From Phoronis australis (Eukaryota; Animalia; Phoronida), in NCBI GenBank assembly GCA_002633005.1, contig NMRA01000078.1, positions 248,001 to 312,000 of the forward strand: 64,000 nucleotides of DNA, given 5' to 3'. The first letter of the stretch is position 1. Each line of letters starts with the position of its first letter. Both the position numbers and the translations under genes were made by a program. Shown here one piece after another: positions 49,101 to 62,500 of the stretch. The notes below the pieces were generated by a model. That model was not told the origin of the DNA, did not search any database, and saw only the letters and a list, made by a program, of their open reading frames with translations.

Positions 49101-50819
49101 ATTTATCTTTCTCTGACCAATGTCCTGAGGGTGATAATAATAACCCATATATCACTGTTTTGCCGTACTTTGAAATTGAAGCTTCATCATACAGGTACAG
49201 TTAAACCAGCAAAATAGGTTGAGCTTGTGCCAATATTTAAAACTTTTTTGTCTACAAATTGAATAGAGCTTGCTGAAATTTAAATAAATGTTTTTAAAAC
49301 CGATAAAATTTTGAGGTATGTATGTCGAGTGTTCCCAACAAATTTTGGGACCGCTGTAAAGTGCGAAGTTCACTTGAGCATTCCCATTTGCTTTGAACAG
49401 ACATCGGGTTATTGCTAGGTGACGCTATTGTCTTAGAAGTTATCACAAGGTGATGTAATATGACCTTCACCATTGTCGCATCAGTGACCCCTGGCCGATA
49501 ACTTTGATGGACACTGAAGTTGAGCATTTCCACTGTAGCGATGTGCTGCTTCACTTTTAAATTCACCTGTTTACTGTGAAGTAAACTTGAGCTCTTAATT
49601 TCGATCCAAGACTGGATTTAAGCATTCCTACTGGTCAACACTCCCTTAAACACAACCAAAAAGTAGACATTAGTGGGAAATGCCTTCATGATTGACTTGA
49701 TTGGAAAGGTACATCCTCTCACTCAACTCAGTCTGTCGAAAGACAACTTCGGTAGCACATTACATTTTTGTTGAAATCCTTTACAAGTTGGCAAAAACCT
49801 CCATGATTACTGACAATGGAAACGCACCAGACATTAAATGTTTAGTTACAGGAAAGTTCTCTACAGTCATCTGTTTTTTTTTAACCACCCACAGCAAGTT
49901 GACAGGTGGTGACTGGTTGCTAATTGATTCGTTTGTAAACAGCAACCTTTAGTTGTCTAGACAACCTGTCTAATAAATCTCATCCCTACTACTGAGAGTG
50001 GGAATTTGCCTTGTGAAATAATCCAGTTACTAGCTTATAATGGATAGGGACATTGTTGGGATGTGTCTAGTTATGGTCTGTGTAATTATTCTCCCATGTC
50101 AGGACGAGTTCTGGGAACTCGCTCACTTCATTAGAATAATGGATCAATAATAGTCTGTAAATGTTGATGTGTATGGTTCTATGTCACTGCACTTATACTG
50201 CTTGCTTAATTGGATATGTCCTGAAATATGTGGGTCAGTTTGGAAATGGTTATACAGTAAAAAGTCTCGAATTTTGGGAGGTTGAAAAATTAATTTTTTC
50301 ACTCAAGGTCGTTCCAAATTCTAGAAGTAGGCAATGGTGGTGTCCCAAATTCAAGATTCACCAGAAAAATGTATAATTACCCACCGGAAATTGAGAAGTA
50401 CGATGAATGCCAAAATCGACTTTTTCCCAAAATCCAGAATTAAGAAAATTCATTTTTTTCGGGAGTTTCCGTGTCCCGAATTTTAGAGACTGTACCAAAT
50501 CGGAGAATTTTTGCTGTAGTAAGTCATTGCTTAATGATTTGTTTATTTTATAATGACACCTTAGAAAAACTTTAGGGTATCTTGATAAGATTCTTATCTT
50601 TGTCATTTTATTAACAAAGCATTATGGGATTTGTCTGTGTCATTTTCTTTGCAGGCATTGTTGAACTGAGGTCACTACTGACTGACCTCCAGCATCGGGC
50701 CAATCAGCTATCAGCACAGCTCATAAAACAGTTAAAGAGACGAGATAGGCAGAAGGCTCGCATACAGAAGAACAGCGATGTTGTCACGGCGATACTACAG
50801 GCAGCTTCGCAGAAACGAA
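46103..50819 (+). CDS. TBC1D30: TBC1 domain family member 30-like, N-terminal two coding exons; gene continues past window
   Basis: Exons 46103-46403 and 50655-50819 join in phase 1. SIVDDLLFEIY..RDSLDS and ELRSLL.DLQHR..QLSAQLIKQLKRRDR..RIQKNSDVVTAILQAASQKR resemble the TBC1D30 region preceding the Rab-GAP domain (recalled vertebrate: ELKTILRELKYRIGIQSAKLLRHLKQKDRL..VQRNCDIVTACLQAVSQKR). No TBC-domain exon was found up to 64000. Confidence 0.82.
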
Positions 50820-52983
50820 GTAAGCAAAGTCATATTGGGTTTTCCTCCCACCATAATCATTCTCAGAATGTCTGAGCTGTCTTAAGTACTGCCGAAATTG
50901 GCAACTTTGGACAAAAATTGCCTCAAAAGCATCTCCTCTCTCTTATTTCTGACCATGAGATTGTTCAACTCTTAGTTGGTTCCCACTCAAAACTTTCCCT
51001 TTAACTTGATCTTACTGAAAATGACCTTGAAGTGATAGGGTCGTTAGGTACAGGGTGCTGTTGTTCTGAATGTTTGGGTCAAACACCAAAGGTCAGATAG
51101 CAAGTTGGACAATCTGTAACCTTGTTCACTAACTTGAGTGCTTCACTAGATTCATTGTTATGGATTGTTATCCAAAATTACGTTAAGAAACATTGAAGTG
51201 CGCTTAGTTATCCGATTTAGAAAAGCAACTTTGCTGAATTGTTAGTATGAACGTAGCGAGATGGTTTTTTTATTTTAACCATCGTGTAGCAATCTGCTGG
51301 AGTCACGTTATTATCCACCTCACCACGGTCTTCTTTAGTAGACTAACAGAGCTCGAACATTTTTCATTTCTTTCTTAAACAGCCTAGTCATAATGCCACC
51401 TGTGGACTGTGATGTGTAACAAGTAAGTTGAATGATGTGACTAGCGCCCCCTGTCTCAATCTGCTGTACTAAATATTGATGACATCTCCATGTTTAAGAG
51501 GCACTCATCATTGCTTAAAGTATCAGAAATCTTGTTAGTCGAAAGAGATACCACGGGATGTCGACCTTGTCAACTATCGAAATTCCGCCATAGTTTTGAT
51601 CACATCTTGATAGGTTAACATAAAAATCTGAAGTGATCTGACCTGAAACAAATCTTCTGAAGTTAATTTTAAACATTCGAATTTACTATTTGGTATAGAT
51701 AACGAAACACATCAACCGTTACATTTCAGTTTTGGTTTCATGCAATCGAGGTGTCCTGTACGCAGTTTTCTCTTTGAAAATACCAGTACTGCTACCAAAA
51801 CGTTAGTCTGAATTTTAAAGCTGGAATGTAGAATGTCTCAATTTGCAGCTAACAATTTTGACTTTAAGCGAATGCCTGTTTAACTGTAGAGTCTTCCATA
51901 TCACGTTGCCTTCATTTCCTGGTCACAGCTTAGTTGTTCACTTCCGTAAGCGATCCTCTTGATTGAGGAATACACCTGCACGTGACCTCTTTTGTGTCCG
52001 ATTTTACCCAAAAGCGAATTGGAATATCTCTAAAATAGACGTGATTACACTTGTTTGCAAGAGTTAGCGTATAATTTCGTTTTTATGCATTCTGTTGTGC
52101 GGTAGTGGAGTGTTAGAGGTCAACTTAGTTCCTTGTGTATTGCATGCTTGCATCCGCAGATGGAGGTAGAACTCTATCTCGGCACTTTTTAGTGCACATG
52201 TACTTAACTTAGCTATTATTAAGTCCCTGTAAGCCACATTCTGGAGTCATAAAACAACTTTTTGCAGGCACATGTGCTTTTTCAAAGCAAGTTCATCATT
52301 ACCTTCTTTTGTTTGAGTTGACGTTAGGTTAAATAAATCATCGGTTACTACCACGACAGCCATGCAACTGAGACACCTGAAACTAACTTTCTGTGAACCT
52401 GTCCTAATACAAGACAGCCCCACCAGTCCGTCTCAAGCCTAGCAATTACCAAATCTGAGTAAAGCATCGTCCACACACAGATTTACTCTGGAACAAGTTA
52501 TTCTTGGAATGAGTTGTCGCTAGGTTTTGGGGGCTGTCTGGACGCAATTTAAACTAGTGCGTCTTGCCCCACTTGTGACAACTTACTCCACCTTATCGTA
52601 GTAAGGTAACTTGTTCTATGGTAATATGCGCCACTTCTAATCGCTAGGTGACCACAAACGTGGTGCAAGGCAGAAGTAATTACCGATTGTGTGCTTACAA
52701 TCTTCTTTTTCACACTGTATCGGCATCAGTTTTTCGTTGTCAAAGTTTCCGTGGGTGCGCAGGGCGACAACTTCCATCCTGTGCTATGGGATGGATTTGT
52801 GTGGACTTGGGTTCATTGCATCGTTAAAATCTCATGTTTAATATTTTTTTTTGTTTTAGCGGGTGTGAATTTAACAGTCAATTAAATTTAACGGCAGGAA
52901 ATCAGAAACGGAATTTTGACTTAAGTCACGTACTCATCTTGTTCCTGATTTAGATTAGAGATGATTCCTAGACTTGCGAAGAA

Positions 52984-53103
52984 CTGTTAGTTCGTTATTA
53001 TTACTGTTGGTGCGTTATTATTACTGTTAGTTCGTTATTATTACTGTTAGTTTGTTATTATTACTGTTAGTTCGTTATTATTACTGTTAGTTCATTATTA
53101 TTC
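52984..53103. repeat. 20-bp tandem repeat (ctgttagttcgttattatta), ~6 copies
   Basis: Directly visible. Confidence 0.9.
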
Positions 53104-53992
53104 TATGCAAGAGCCAGTAAGTGGCTTGTCACGGCGGGTTAGTTTTAGCCATCAAGGCAATATTGCTGTTAAGGAGTTCAAGGCAATTATTGTAACCAAC
53201 ACGACGGCAATGCTTTGGAAAGGCAAATTATTGCAGTATTAAATTATTATTTTCTTTTGGAATTAATTTCATTTTCCTACACATTGTGCTACTTATTGAC
53301 TGACCACCTGTGTTCGAGAGGGTTAAACACAATGTGGCACAATGGTTCAGATTTCTACCAAAAGGTGTCAGGGTAGTCAGATAAAAGGAGTTTCAAGTCT
53401 TTGGCAAGTTGTGAGAACCTGGGTAGATACTTGGAAGCAGAGCCTGAGTTGGGGTACAGATTGATTTTTGTTGCTTGACACAGCATATGGGGTCTTTGTT
53501 TGTTTTTCCTATTTGCTTTTAAAGACTGCTGATAATAAAACTTGAATAAAGATCCCAGGTTGACAAACCTTACTTGTGTTGAGTTAGTAGATAGTGTGAC
53601 GCGACACTTCACGCCCATTTTAAGTGGTGCAGTCTAAAATTATCATCACTCGTGTATTTATTAATTATTGGCTCAAACACTGGCTTGTCTTACAGTGAAT
53701 AGACAAGTGTTGGATTTAGGTTGTTGCTCAGTTCTACTTTTTTGTAAAAACTTGCCATATGACCAGGTTCTGTACAGGTGATTTTGGTTTAGCTTAATTA
53801 TGCTAGTAATATCAATAAAAATTAACTGAAATTGAGTATAATTATGAGTAACATTAGCAATAACAACAACAATAATACTAATATTAATAATGATATGACA
53901 ATAGCAATAATCACAGGATACATAAGCATGTTCAACATAGTTATATACGAAAATGAAATTTGAACAGCAAAGTGTTGGTAAAACACGTATTA

Positions 53993-55385
53993 CTGTACTC
54001 GTCCGGGTTACCGCCCAGGGCGCTTAAATTGGGTATCTTAAAAAATGGGGTGGGCGGTTAAAATCGAAATTTTTGAAGTTGGGAGTGGGTGCTTGCTTCA
54101 CAAAGGACCGATTTTACCCTTATGGAGCTTCACTAATGTCGGACTTCAAGCATGTCTGATAAAATTTACGTAGGCGGGTTGAAGTAACGGACTTCGATGG
54201 ACTGAAGTGGAATAGCACACACGCCAGTGGTGCTGTGATCCCAAGCGTGATTGGGTTTTTACGTACCTCGGTCGCTGCTCGTCATGTCTTGGAACTGAGG
54301 TGTTCTTACAGATAGATGTGCCTTCAATAGGGCAAGTTTCTTGAGAGAAAAGCAAGATCACGCAAGACTACGCTAGATCGTCATGTATTGCTACTGGAAG
54401 CAGGTGATTTTGTACAGATATGCTGCTTCTAGTTACTTTGGCAACCAAACACCTGCTAATGAATGATTGACAGCCGGTTTTTCTTATAAATACTTTGAAC
54501 CTAGTTTGAACAATGTCACATTTTATATAGATTATATATTTCTTTCTGTGTTGAACAGCTAACACCAACCTCCCAGAATTTGTTCAAAGCAAGTGCTCAA
54601 CAATCGGATGATACCACTATTAGTCAATAGGGGTGATCTGTCGGCTGCTAAAATAATAAAGCAAAAACACATGGTATAAAAAAGCAAAAACACATCGTGT
54701 AAAAAAGCAAAAATACATCGTGTAAAAAGTCAACAGGCAAATCAAAAGTTCAAAAAAGTTTTTGACCACGTAGATGTGGATAGAATGTTCAACTTGCGCT
54801 TAATTACAAGTTGATTTCTTGCGCTATTGCTTATGGTTGGGCGCTTCCATTTTGGTATCAGGAGTGAGTTATTAAAAACATGCGTTTAACGAAGACACGG
54901 AACTAGTATTCAAAACAATGCCTCAATAATGTCGGTGATGTTTCCAAATTTTTTTTATTTCATTGCTCAGGGTGGTGATGTTTCGTGTACTGTCACGGGG
55001 AATCCAGAAAGGTAGGCCACGGACTTAAAATTCTTGTCAAGTACTGCTTTTTTGGTTCTTCCATGGCAATGAAATACAATCGACAAGCGCTGTCTCGGTG
55101 ATCAGTACATGCTGACACGAGTTCCGCGCGTGAGCCACAGGAAATAATTGTGTCTCCTTCAGTTAAGAGCATGAGAATACGGGTATTTTACCGCCATAGT
55201 AAGGCAAGGTTCCGGTTCCGCTAAAACTGATTGTCGTTGAAAGGTAAGCGAGTTGCACACGTTTTGAAATCTTAGTTTTGCAAGACGAACGTTCACAAAA
55301 GTGCACACACTTTTAAGGTGGTCTCGATCATAAAAATGGGGGTGGGCAGTAAGCCGAGCATGGGCGGTAACCCGGACGAGTACGG
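53993..55385. mobile_element. Non-autonomous Tc1/mariner-superfamily-like element (~1.4 kb), TA target duplication
   Basis: TA|ctgtactcgtccgggttaccgccca ... tgggcggtaacccggacgagtacgg|TA (25-bp TIR, 1 mismatch); subterminal aaaaatgggg(g)tgggc.gt at both ends; no transposase ORF. Confidence 0.75.
54655..54730. repeat. ~23-bp tandem repeat (aaaaaagcaaaaacacatcgtgt), ~3 copies
   Basis: Directly visible. Confidence 0.75.
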
Positions 55386-57107
55386 TAGATTGTCCAAATG
55401 TACAAAAATATTTTAATCTATGACTTATATCTTGAAATGAAGGCATTCTTTTGATGTGTTAACCATCGGGTCAATAATTGAACCATTTTTCAGTGCTAGC
55501 GGTAAATCCAAGAAATTGATTTTATCTTAAGTCCAGCTTTATGCTTTATTTCCGACATCTTTTAACTCCTGAAAACTTGCTGTTTATTTGGTTGAAGTCC
55601 AAATAAAGATGTCCGGGGATTTTCTGGTGACGTGCTAAGCACATAAGTAGAAACAAAATGTACTTTGTGCAAATTTATTGATTTTAGCCTTTATTCAGAT
55701 GAGTGTGTTATTTAGGCATAATTTGTTGTAATGAATCGATATTCCGTGATAAGTGACAACGTGTAGGTGTGCGGGTCTGTAAATAGCTTTTTGATGAGCT
55801 GGTGTCGTATTCCTAGACTTGTGGGAGGCATTCAACGCAACGATGCCATAGAGACCGATTGCATGTAGTTGTGTTAACAACTGTGATCTACTTAGAAAAA
55901 TATGTTGTTCCCCCCACCAGTCTCTGAACAGAAGTTGTAATGATTAAATAGTCTTGCAAATCCTGAAAGCAGTCTAGGTAAAATTATTTCACAAAGACAC
56001 GGTGTTCCCTGTGAGCAAGATTTGACAACGGTGTAAATTCCACAGACGTCATGTTTTTGTGTCCTAATTTCCTTTCTGTAAATTCACAAAAAAAACTATT
56101 TCTTACATAGTTTTTTTACTCATTATCATTTCACTGCAAAAAGATGAAAATAAATACCACTTTTTTAATCGTTTGGTGTGTAACTGACTATTCAAACTTG
56201 CCTGGGGGGTTTTGGGCTTTTGAAATATGGCTCAAGATTTCCAGCACAGTACAAGTTGTTATAATTATGGTGCAGCATCATGGTTGATTACACAGAGAGA
56301 CAGCATTGACCACAGGGTTTATTTGTAAATATTGAATTGAATGAATATTCTGTCCATGCAGAAGCAGTGCAGTTTTGATTTGTTTTGGTCAGTAAAGGGG
56401 GTGGGGTGGCACTCATTCTTTATGTCCACTTCCACTTTCAGTCTGATCATGACTAATTCTGGGGTCATTCTTGTCAAAATAATACAAAATGTAAAATTAC
56501 ATAAACCTCACATGACTGTCTAATACTCCTTAAAGCTATTGTGTGGTCAACTCTTGTATACCTGTGTCTATCTGTTGACATTAAATCGATAATCAATTCT
56601 TGACCTATTTCGCATGCAGTGTGTCCAGCATTGGATTAAGATTTCTTAGGGCCTTATTAGCTATCAGAAGTCGGCTCCCCAAAATTTCCGAATCCCCAGG
56701 CTGCCATAGGTTTTACATACATTAATAGGACCTGGGGCTACGATTTGGAGTCCTTAATTTATGTGGGGGGCCCTAAGATGTGGCTTAGCTTGGTGGTTTA
56801 TTCTGCATTGAGTGTTTCAGAGGGGAACCAACGTTTGAAGAATTCTGCTTCACGGTTTCCGTGGTCTTGACTGTATGGCTGCCATGTGACAGATTTTATT
56901 TTTGGATAGATTTTTTCAATGCAGTCGGCCTTTGAGAGGTAGATAGTGATAATTTTAGGAATCAGTTTTGTGCTAAATATTTTGAATCCTGTTGACGTCA
57001 GACGTTTGATAGAAAACCAGGCAGGTAGACGGGCACACAAGGAGGGAAGCAGGGAAGGAGGGAGACAGCAGGGAGGCACGGCTGTGATCAACACTGTCAC
57101 CTGAGCT

Positions 57108-57435
57108 CAGGGCCCTCAATCCCTCAATTTTGGGGCCTAATGTCGGCTACATTTCCCTTAGATAAACATTGAAAATTCACACGAAATTCCCCTCACGAGG
57201 CCCAAAAATGCCCCTCAAGTGATTGAAAAATTCTCATCGATGTTTGAATCACTTGTAACTCAAACAGGTGACAATTTGAAAGAGCGCAAAAAGTTTGTGT
57301 TGGCTACTTGAAGGCTTGTAACAGGGTGGGTTATGCTGTTGACGGTGATCGGAAGGTAAAATGTTTCTCTTATCTCAATAAAGTCCCTTCACAGAAGGCA
57401 CAGGCACCTTTCCCCTCGGATGAACGAGTGCCTTG
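57108..57435 (+). mobile_element. MITE (cagggccctc...gagtgccttg); a shorter relative lies at ~36769-36879
   Basis: Shared 3' end cagaaggcacaggcacctttcc.ctc.g.tga.cgag.gcc.tg; flanks gagct/gagtt. Confidence 0.55.
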
Positions 57436-59119
57436 GAGTTTCCTTGTTTTTTGTTGTTTAATGTAGTACTTAGGTTTAATGTAGTACCCCAGCAGCCTGG
57501 TAACACTAATATGACCATGTTTGTATTATGTACCTGTGTCAATCAACACAGACTGGTGACTGCTAATGTTATATATATTATACTGCTGTTACCTTCAGCA
57601 CAGTATATATAGGCAGTAGTTAATGCTCAACTGTCGTTACCGTGGTGATTGGGGCCTCAATGGTCAGTTGATGGCACTTTCTTTAACTTACGTGTCGCCT
57701 TGACAACCTGGGATTATTTCTGGAGTCTACGTAATTCCTACATGGTCAGTGATCATTGACATTGGATAGAATGATAGCTGAACATCATATGTTGGTTGAG
57801 CAAGGTATGAACATTATGGCTCTCTCTTTCCGCATAATATTCAAATATTTTTTGTTTCCCTATTTAATTTAGGTTTTCATTAGGTGTTTGTGTGATAATT
57901 GCTTCGGATTAAAGTGTTAAAAAGTCATGTCAGGTATGTTACCTTAGGTTACCGTAGGTTATTTTAAGTTACCTTGGGTTACTGTAAATTGGCGTACACT
58001 ACCATAGGTTCATGGGTTATTTATTGTCGCTGTATGATTTCTTTCATTTTAGCAAAATATGTCGGAAAAGGGGGAAACTGGTTTTGTCAAATATTTCAAC
58101 AAGATTATATCAGGAAGAAAGGAATATATCGTTTAAAGTGTATTCTGTACTTGGGCTGTTGCCGTCATTTCTAAAAGTTTAATGAGTTTATAAAAACTGA
58201 AAATTACATACACTTATTTGGAGAAGCATTGCAATGTACACTTATTTGCCTGGACTGGGTTTGTATATTGTCACTACGCAATTACAATTGTCCTACGGTA
58301 CAATTTTACCAATATGACAGACAAGTGACTTTTTTCTTTTTTTAAGATGTATAACACTAAATAAATACCTTAATTTTCCAGTTCTATGCCACACGTACTA
58401 CCAATCTATGTTTTTAGGATTTGCGGACAGTCTGAACAATGTTAGAAGCCTTTGCAAAAGTTAAGACCGATCAATTTTTGTAATCATTTTTGTCTCACAT
58501 TAATAAGATTTTACTGTACTCTCTATTGTTACCAAGGCAACACAGTTAAGGTGGAAATAAATATCGCATGTGGTAAAGTACTATGCTCCTTCTCCACAGA
58601 AGAAGTCTTGAATGAGGTGCTGCAAACAATTTACATGCAGCTTCCATTTTTTACAACCCATCGAAGTCCATAAATAGTTGAGCAGCGTCCAATTCAGTTT
58701 CAGTACAAAACAGCATGTGTTCAGGTGAGCGACACGCTAGAACGATAGGTATTTAAGGAATTTAAGGAATTTTGCCCAGAATTCCACCGGTTTTTGCTTA
58801 TAGAAGTAGTAACTAAATTTATTGTGTATTAACTTTTTAAGCAGTTGATTATATCTATTTGTTTATAATTGTTTGTTTTGTGATAGTACCTGCCTAGTTA
58901 GTGATGGAGTTGAAGTTTTCTGAATGTATACTTTTTGTTGAGAAGATAAAATTTTGCATGATAAAATTCCAGTTGTCGGCCAAATTTCGTGCTAAGCAGA
59001 AGAATGTTTTTCATGACTGGCCTTAGAGTAGAGTTTGAGTTTAAAAATTTCTTTGAAAAACCACATAATAATTCTATCTTGAAGCATCCTCACTGGTAAA
59101 CAAGGTAAAAAGTACATAG

Positions 59120-59511
59120 TCTTATTCAAGGTAGGCCAATGTTATTCAAGGTTGGACAATACTATTCAAGCTTAGCCAATATTGCTCAAGGTTGGAAATG
59201 TTATTCTAGTTTGGCCAATATTAATCATAATTGGGCAATATCATTCAACATTGGACAATATTATTCAACCTTGGACAATATTCAACCTTGGACAATATTA
59301 TTCAACCTTAGACAATATTCAACATTGGACAATATTATTCAACCTTGGACAATATTCAACATTGGACAATATTATTCAACCTTGGACAATATTCAACATT
59401 GGACAATATTATTCAACCTTGGACAATATTCAACATTGGACAATATTATTCAACATTGGACAATATTGTTCAACCTTGGACAATATTCAATATTGAACAA
59501 TATTATTCAAG
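59120..59511. repeat. Minisatellite of alternating 20-bp and 17-bp units (ttcaac[a/c]ttggacaata[tta])
   Basis: Directly visible; degenerate at the 5' side and homogeneous at 59244-59490. Confidence 0.92.
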
Positions 59512-62500
59512 TTTTTTGAGGATCCCCCTCATTACACGTTCTACACTAAGCTTGGATGAACATTGAGGGATGTTTTTTGGATTCTCTCAAAGACTCCACT
59601 CCCAAGGAGTGGAAGTCGTCAGTTGTATACGGGATCAAGTCTAGTGTGGGAGACTATGAGCAGTTATGAGGGTGATACTAAAGTCATTGAAAAGTAGACT
59701 TTACCAACACCACTGTCTCAGTAATGGGGACACATGACTGTATACTCACTTTGACAACAGGGGGCAGCTTTGTCATATTGAAAATGTCAAAATACTTGAT
59801 AGAGAGGGATTAGTTCAGGAGAGGGATGAAGGAGGTGTTCCATGAGAGAATCCAAAAACCATCTCTAATTAAGTACGTAGATTGCATTTCAACTTACCCT
59901 TTGAGCCGTCTCATGTCACTGGCGGTGAAGAACATATTGTCATCTCATTCAGCGGGTAGACGGCCGAAACGTCCTGCTTTTTCCAGTTACACAAGTTCCA
60001 GTACTTGATTTATTTGTAACGTTGTCTTTGCACTGCAGTGATTTCCAAGCTTGGACTTCAATGTGTAAAAGCTAACGTCACAAGCTTGTAAAAGATTTTA
60101 TCACGCTTAATTTGCCTTAATCATGGGTAATCTTTTTCAAGCTAATGAAGCAAGGAAATTAGAAAATATCAAATACCGTGTCAGTTTACCAAGCTTGGTC
60201 AAATTTAGCTTTTAGTGTATTGGTGACTGAACCAAATAATCAGGTTAGGCCAACCTTGTTAAGTTGAAATTGTTGTAGTTCCTGATAACAGAGGCTGTAA
60301 AATTTTATTATCCAACCTATTATAAGCCTCACATAAAAATTCCTTGAAGCAAATTCTTAATTACAAACCACTAACGGGTATGAAGTGCTGAAAACGCTTT
60401 TAACGAGAAAGCTAGGAAGTGCCTACATCTATTTCTGTCAGATTGTTTTAACAGTACTCTGTAACCTTGTGTTTTATGAACCATGGCATTTCTGCGTTTC
60501 TGTTTCCTGTACGTCAAAGTTCATGTAATTGATATGAATGCTATTTACAGACTGGTGAAGTCTTGAAAATCTTTCAGGGTAATTCAATCTAGTGAAGAGG
60601 TTAGTGACTGTAACTATTCAGCTATGGTTACTGTTTTGTAATATTTTTAGATCCGTCTTATCTGTATGTGAGGAGTTGTCGCATTTTTGAAATTTTCGGT
60701 TTTCAATAGGATAAAATGTCAAATTTCTCAACAAATATATTTCTGTTGAGAAATTAGACAAAAAGAAAATCCCCCTATCTCCTCTACACACAAGTATAAG
60801 ACAGTAAAATAGCAGTGTAAGGAATTATGTTATGCACCATTGTAAGTAACATATTGTCATTTGTTAGGTATGAGTAGCTCCCTGTAATGTGACCGCAGTG
60901 TTTTAGTCTTATTTTTGTGCTTTTTGCTATGTAATATGTTTGTATTCTTTAACGCTCTCTCACCATTGTTCGAAAGCAGTGTTCGTTTTTCACTGAAAGA
61001 TCTTGTTTTTGTGCCTCAGTGTGAACCATGTTTGTTTGCTACGAGGTACTCACCCTTGTCCGTAAACAATATCTACGTACCGTCGTTAGCCTTTTCTTTG
61101 TTCTTGCTCGTTAAGCCATTGTCTCTGGTGTGATGTCACTAATTAAGTTAATGAAAACTCCAGCCCACTTTGTGTGCAGTATGTCTTGACTATCTATTCT
61201 GGTCGGCCGAACATCCAGCCAATATGGATTTGTATTGAGTCGTTAATTCATTCATGAGTGTTTGCCCATCAATTGACGTCATTTGTGTGTAGCTGGAATC
61301 TGTAGCCAGCGGATGTGGTGCTGAGTTGGTGTTGCCATAGTCTTGAAGAGAAAGAGATTGTGACATGAAGGTTTGTTGGGATTTTCTGTGATTTAGGGGG
61401 GAGGGGTTCTTGTGTAGTGATGGTTTTGGTTTGGCTTGTGGACCGTTGTGGGGTAGATAGACTTTGAGAATCTGACCCTGTGGGTGTTTGGATGTGAATG
61501 AAATACAGGGATAAGTGAAGATCTGTCACTGTATAAGAAAGCTGTGAGAATCAGTAAACTTCTCTCTGTATTCTCATTGGAGTATCACTACAGTGAGAAA
61601 ATTATGAGATTGGTAAGATTCTCGTTGTATTCTCACTACAGCGGCATCTTAGTTATCCTAGCGAGAATCTCTGGATTATTCTCGGGTATCCCTCGTTGTA
61701 TTCTCATTAATTCAAAAATCTTCCTTGACTACGTTCTAACTCAACTGACTCTAGAATCCAACAATTAGAATCTCTTTCACTTTTGTGTTGACATTTTTCA
61801 CTGGAACAGTGAATGAGTCCTTTCATGCTAGTCTCACATCACAAGTGATTAGTTCCTATCATGATCTAATGTGCAAGGGCCAGGACCATGTATCACTTGT
61901 ATATGACTTCCATTGTCTCCGGTTCCTCTACTGTATTATTGATTACTAGCTGTTGGTGCCAAAAAATGCCTTCCGAAAAGACGTCTTCTTTTCGAAATAT
62001 GTTCAGTTATAACTTTTGTTGTTATTTTAAAATCTCGCCAATTTAGAGACAATATGGCAGACAGGTGGACTTTTTATTTTCTTATTTTTTTCATAAATTA
62101 TACACATTACCTGAATGATGCTTTGCCTTATCAAGTTCTGTACCACAGCTGCTTACAGAAAGTAAAATTGTGGCATTCGCAAGTGTTAGAATCCCTTGAA
62201 AAATGAAAAGAGTGCAACGTTTGCTATTTTTTGTTCGAGATGTGTGTGATTTTTCTGTGTACGATACTGTCATAATTGTGCAATTTCCCAAACGTCTGTT
62301 AGTGAAGACCCAGTTGTGCAGTTTCTTTGTTCACCAGTCATTCTGATTGACACTGAAGCCTACCACAATACTTCTAGTCGTGGAAATGACGAGGAGATAT
62401 GATTTGATTACTAGCTGTCGGAAGTAACTTGGTTAGTGAAATATTGCCGGTCATCACGACTGTAAGGTTGCGCTCGCGTGCGAGTCTTCATTTCCCTGTT

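Noticed and set aside
59139-59566. Three overlapping repetitive ORFs (126, 104, 73 aa); superficially CRISPR-like array
   Set aside because: Products of a stop-free 17/20-bp minisatellite; no unique spacers and no cas genes in this eukaryotic intron.
61540-61780. Region rich in gagaat/attctc words with a 74-aa ORF
   Set aside because: Degenerate low-complexity repeat with no definable unit, termini or coding signal.
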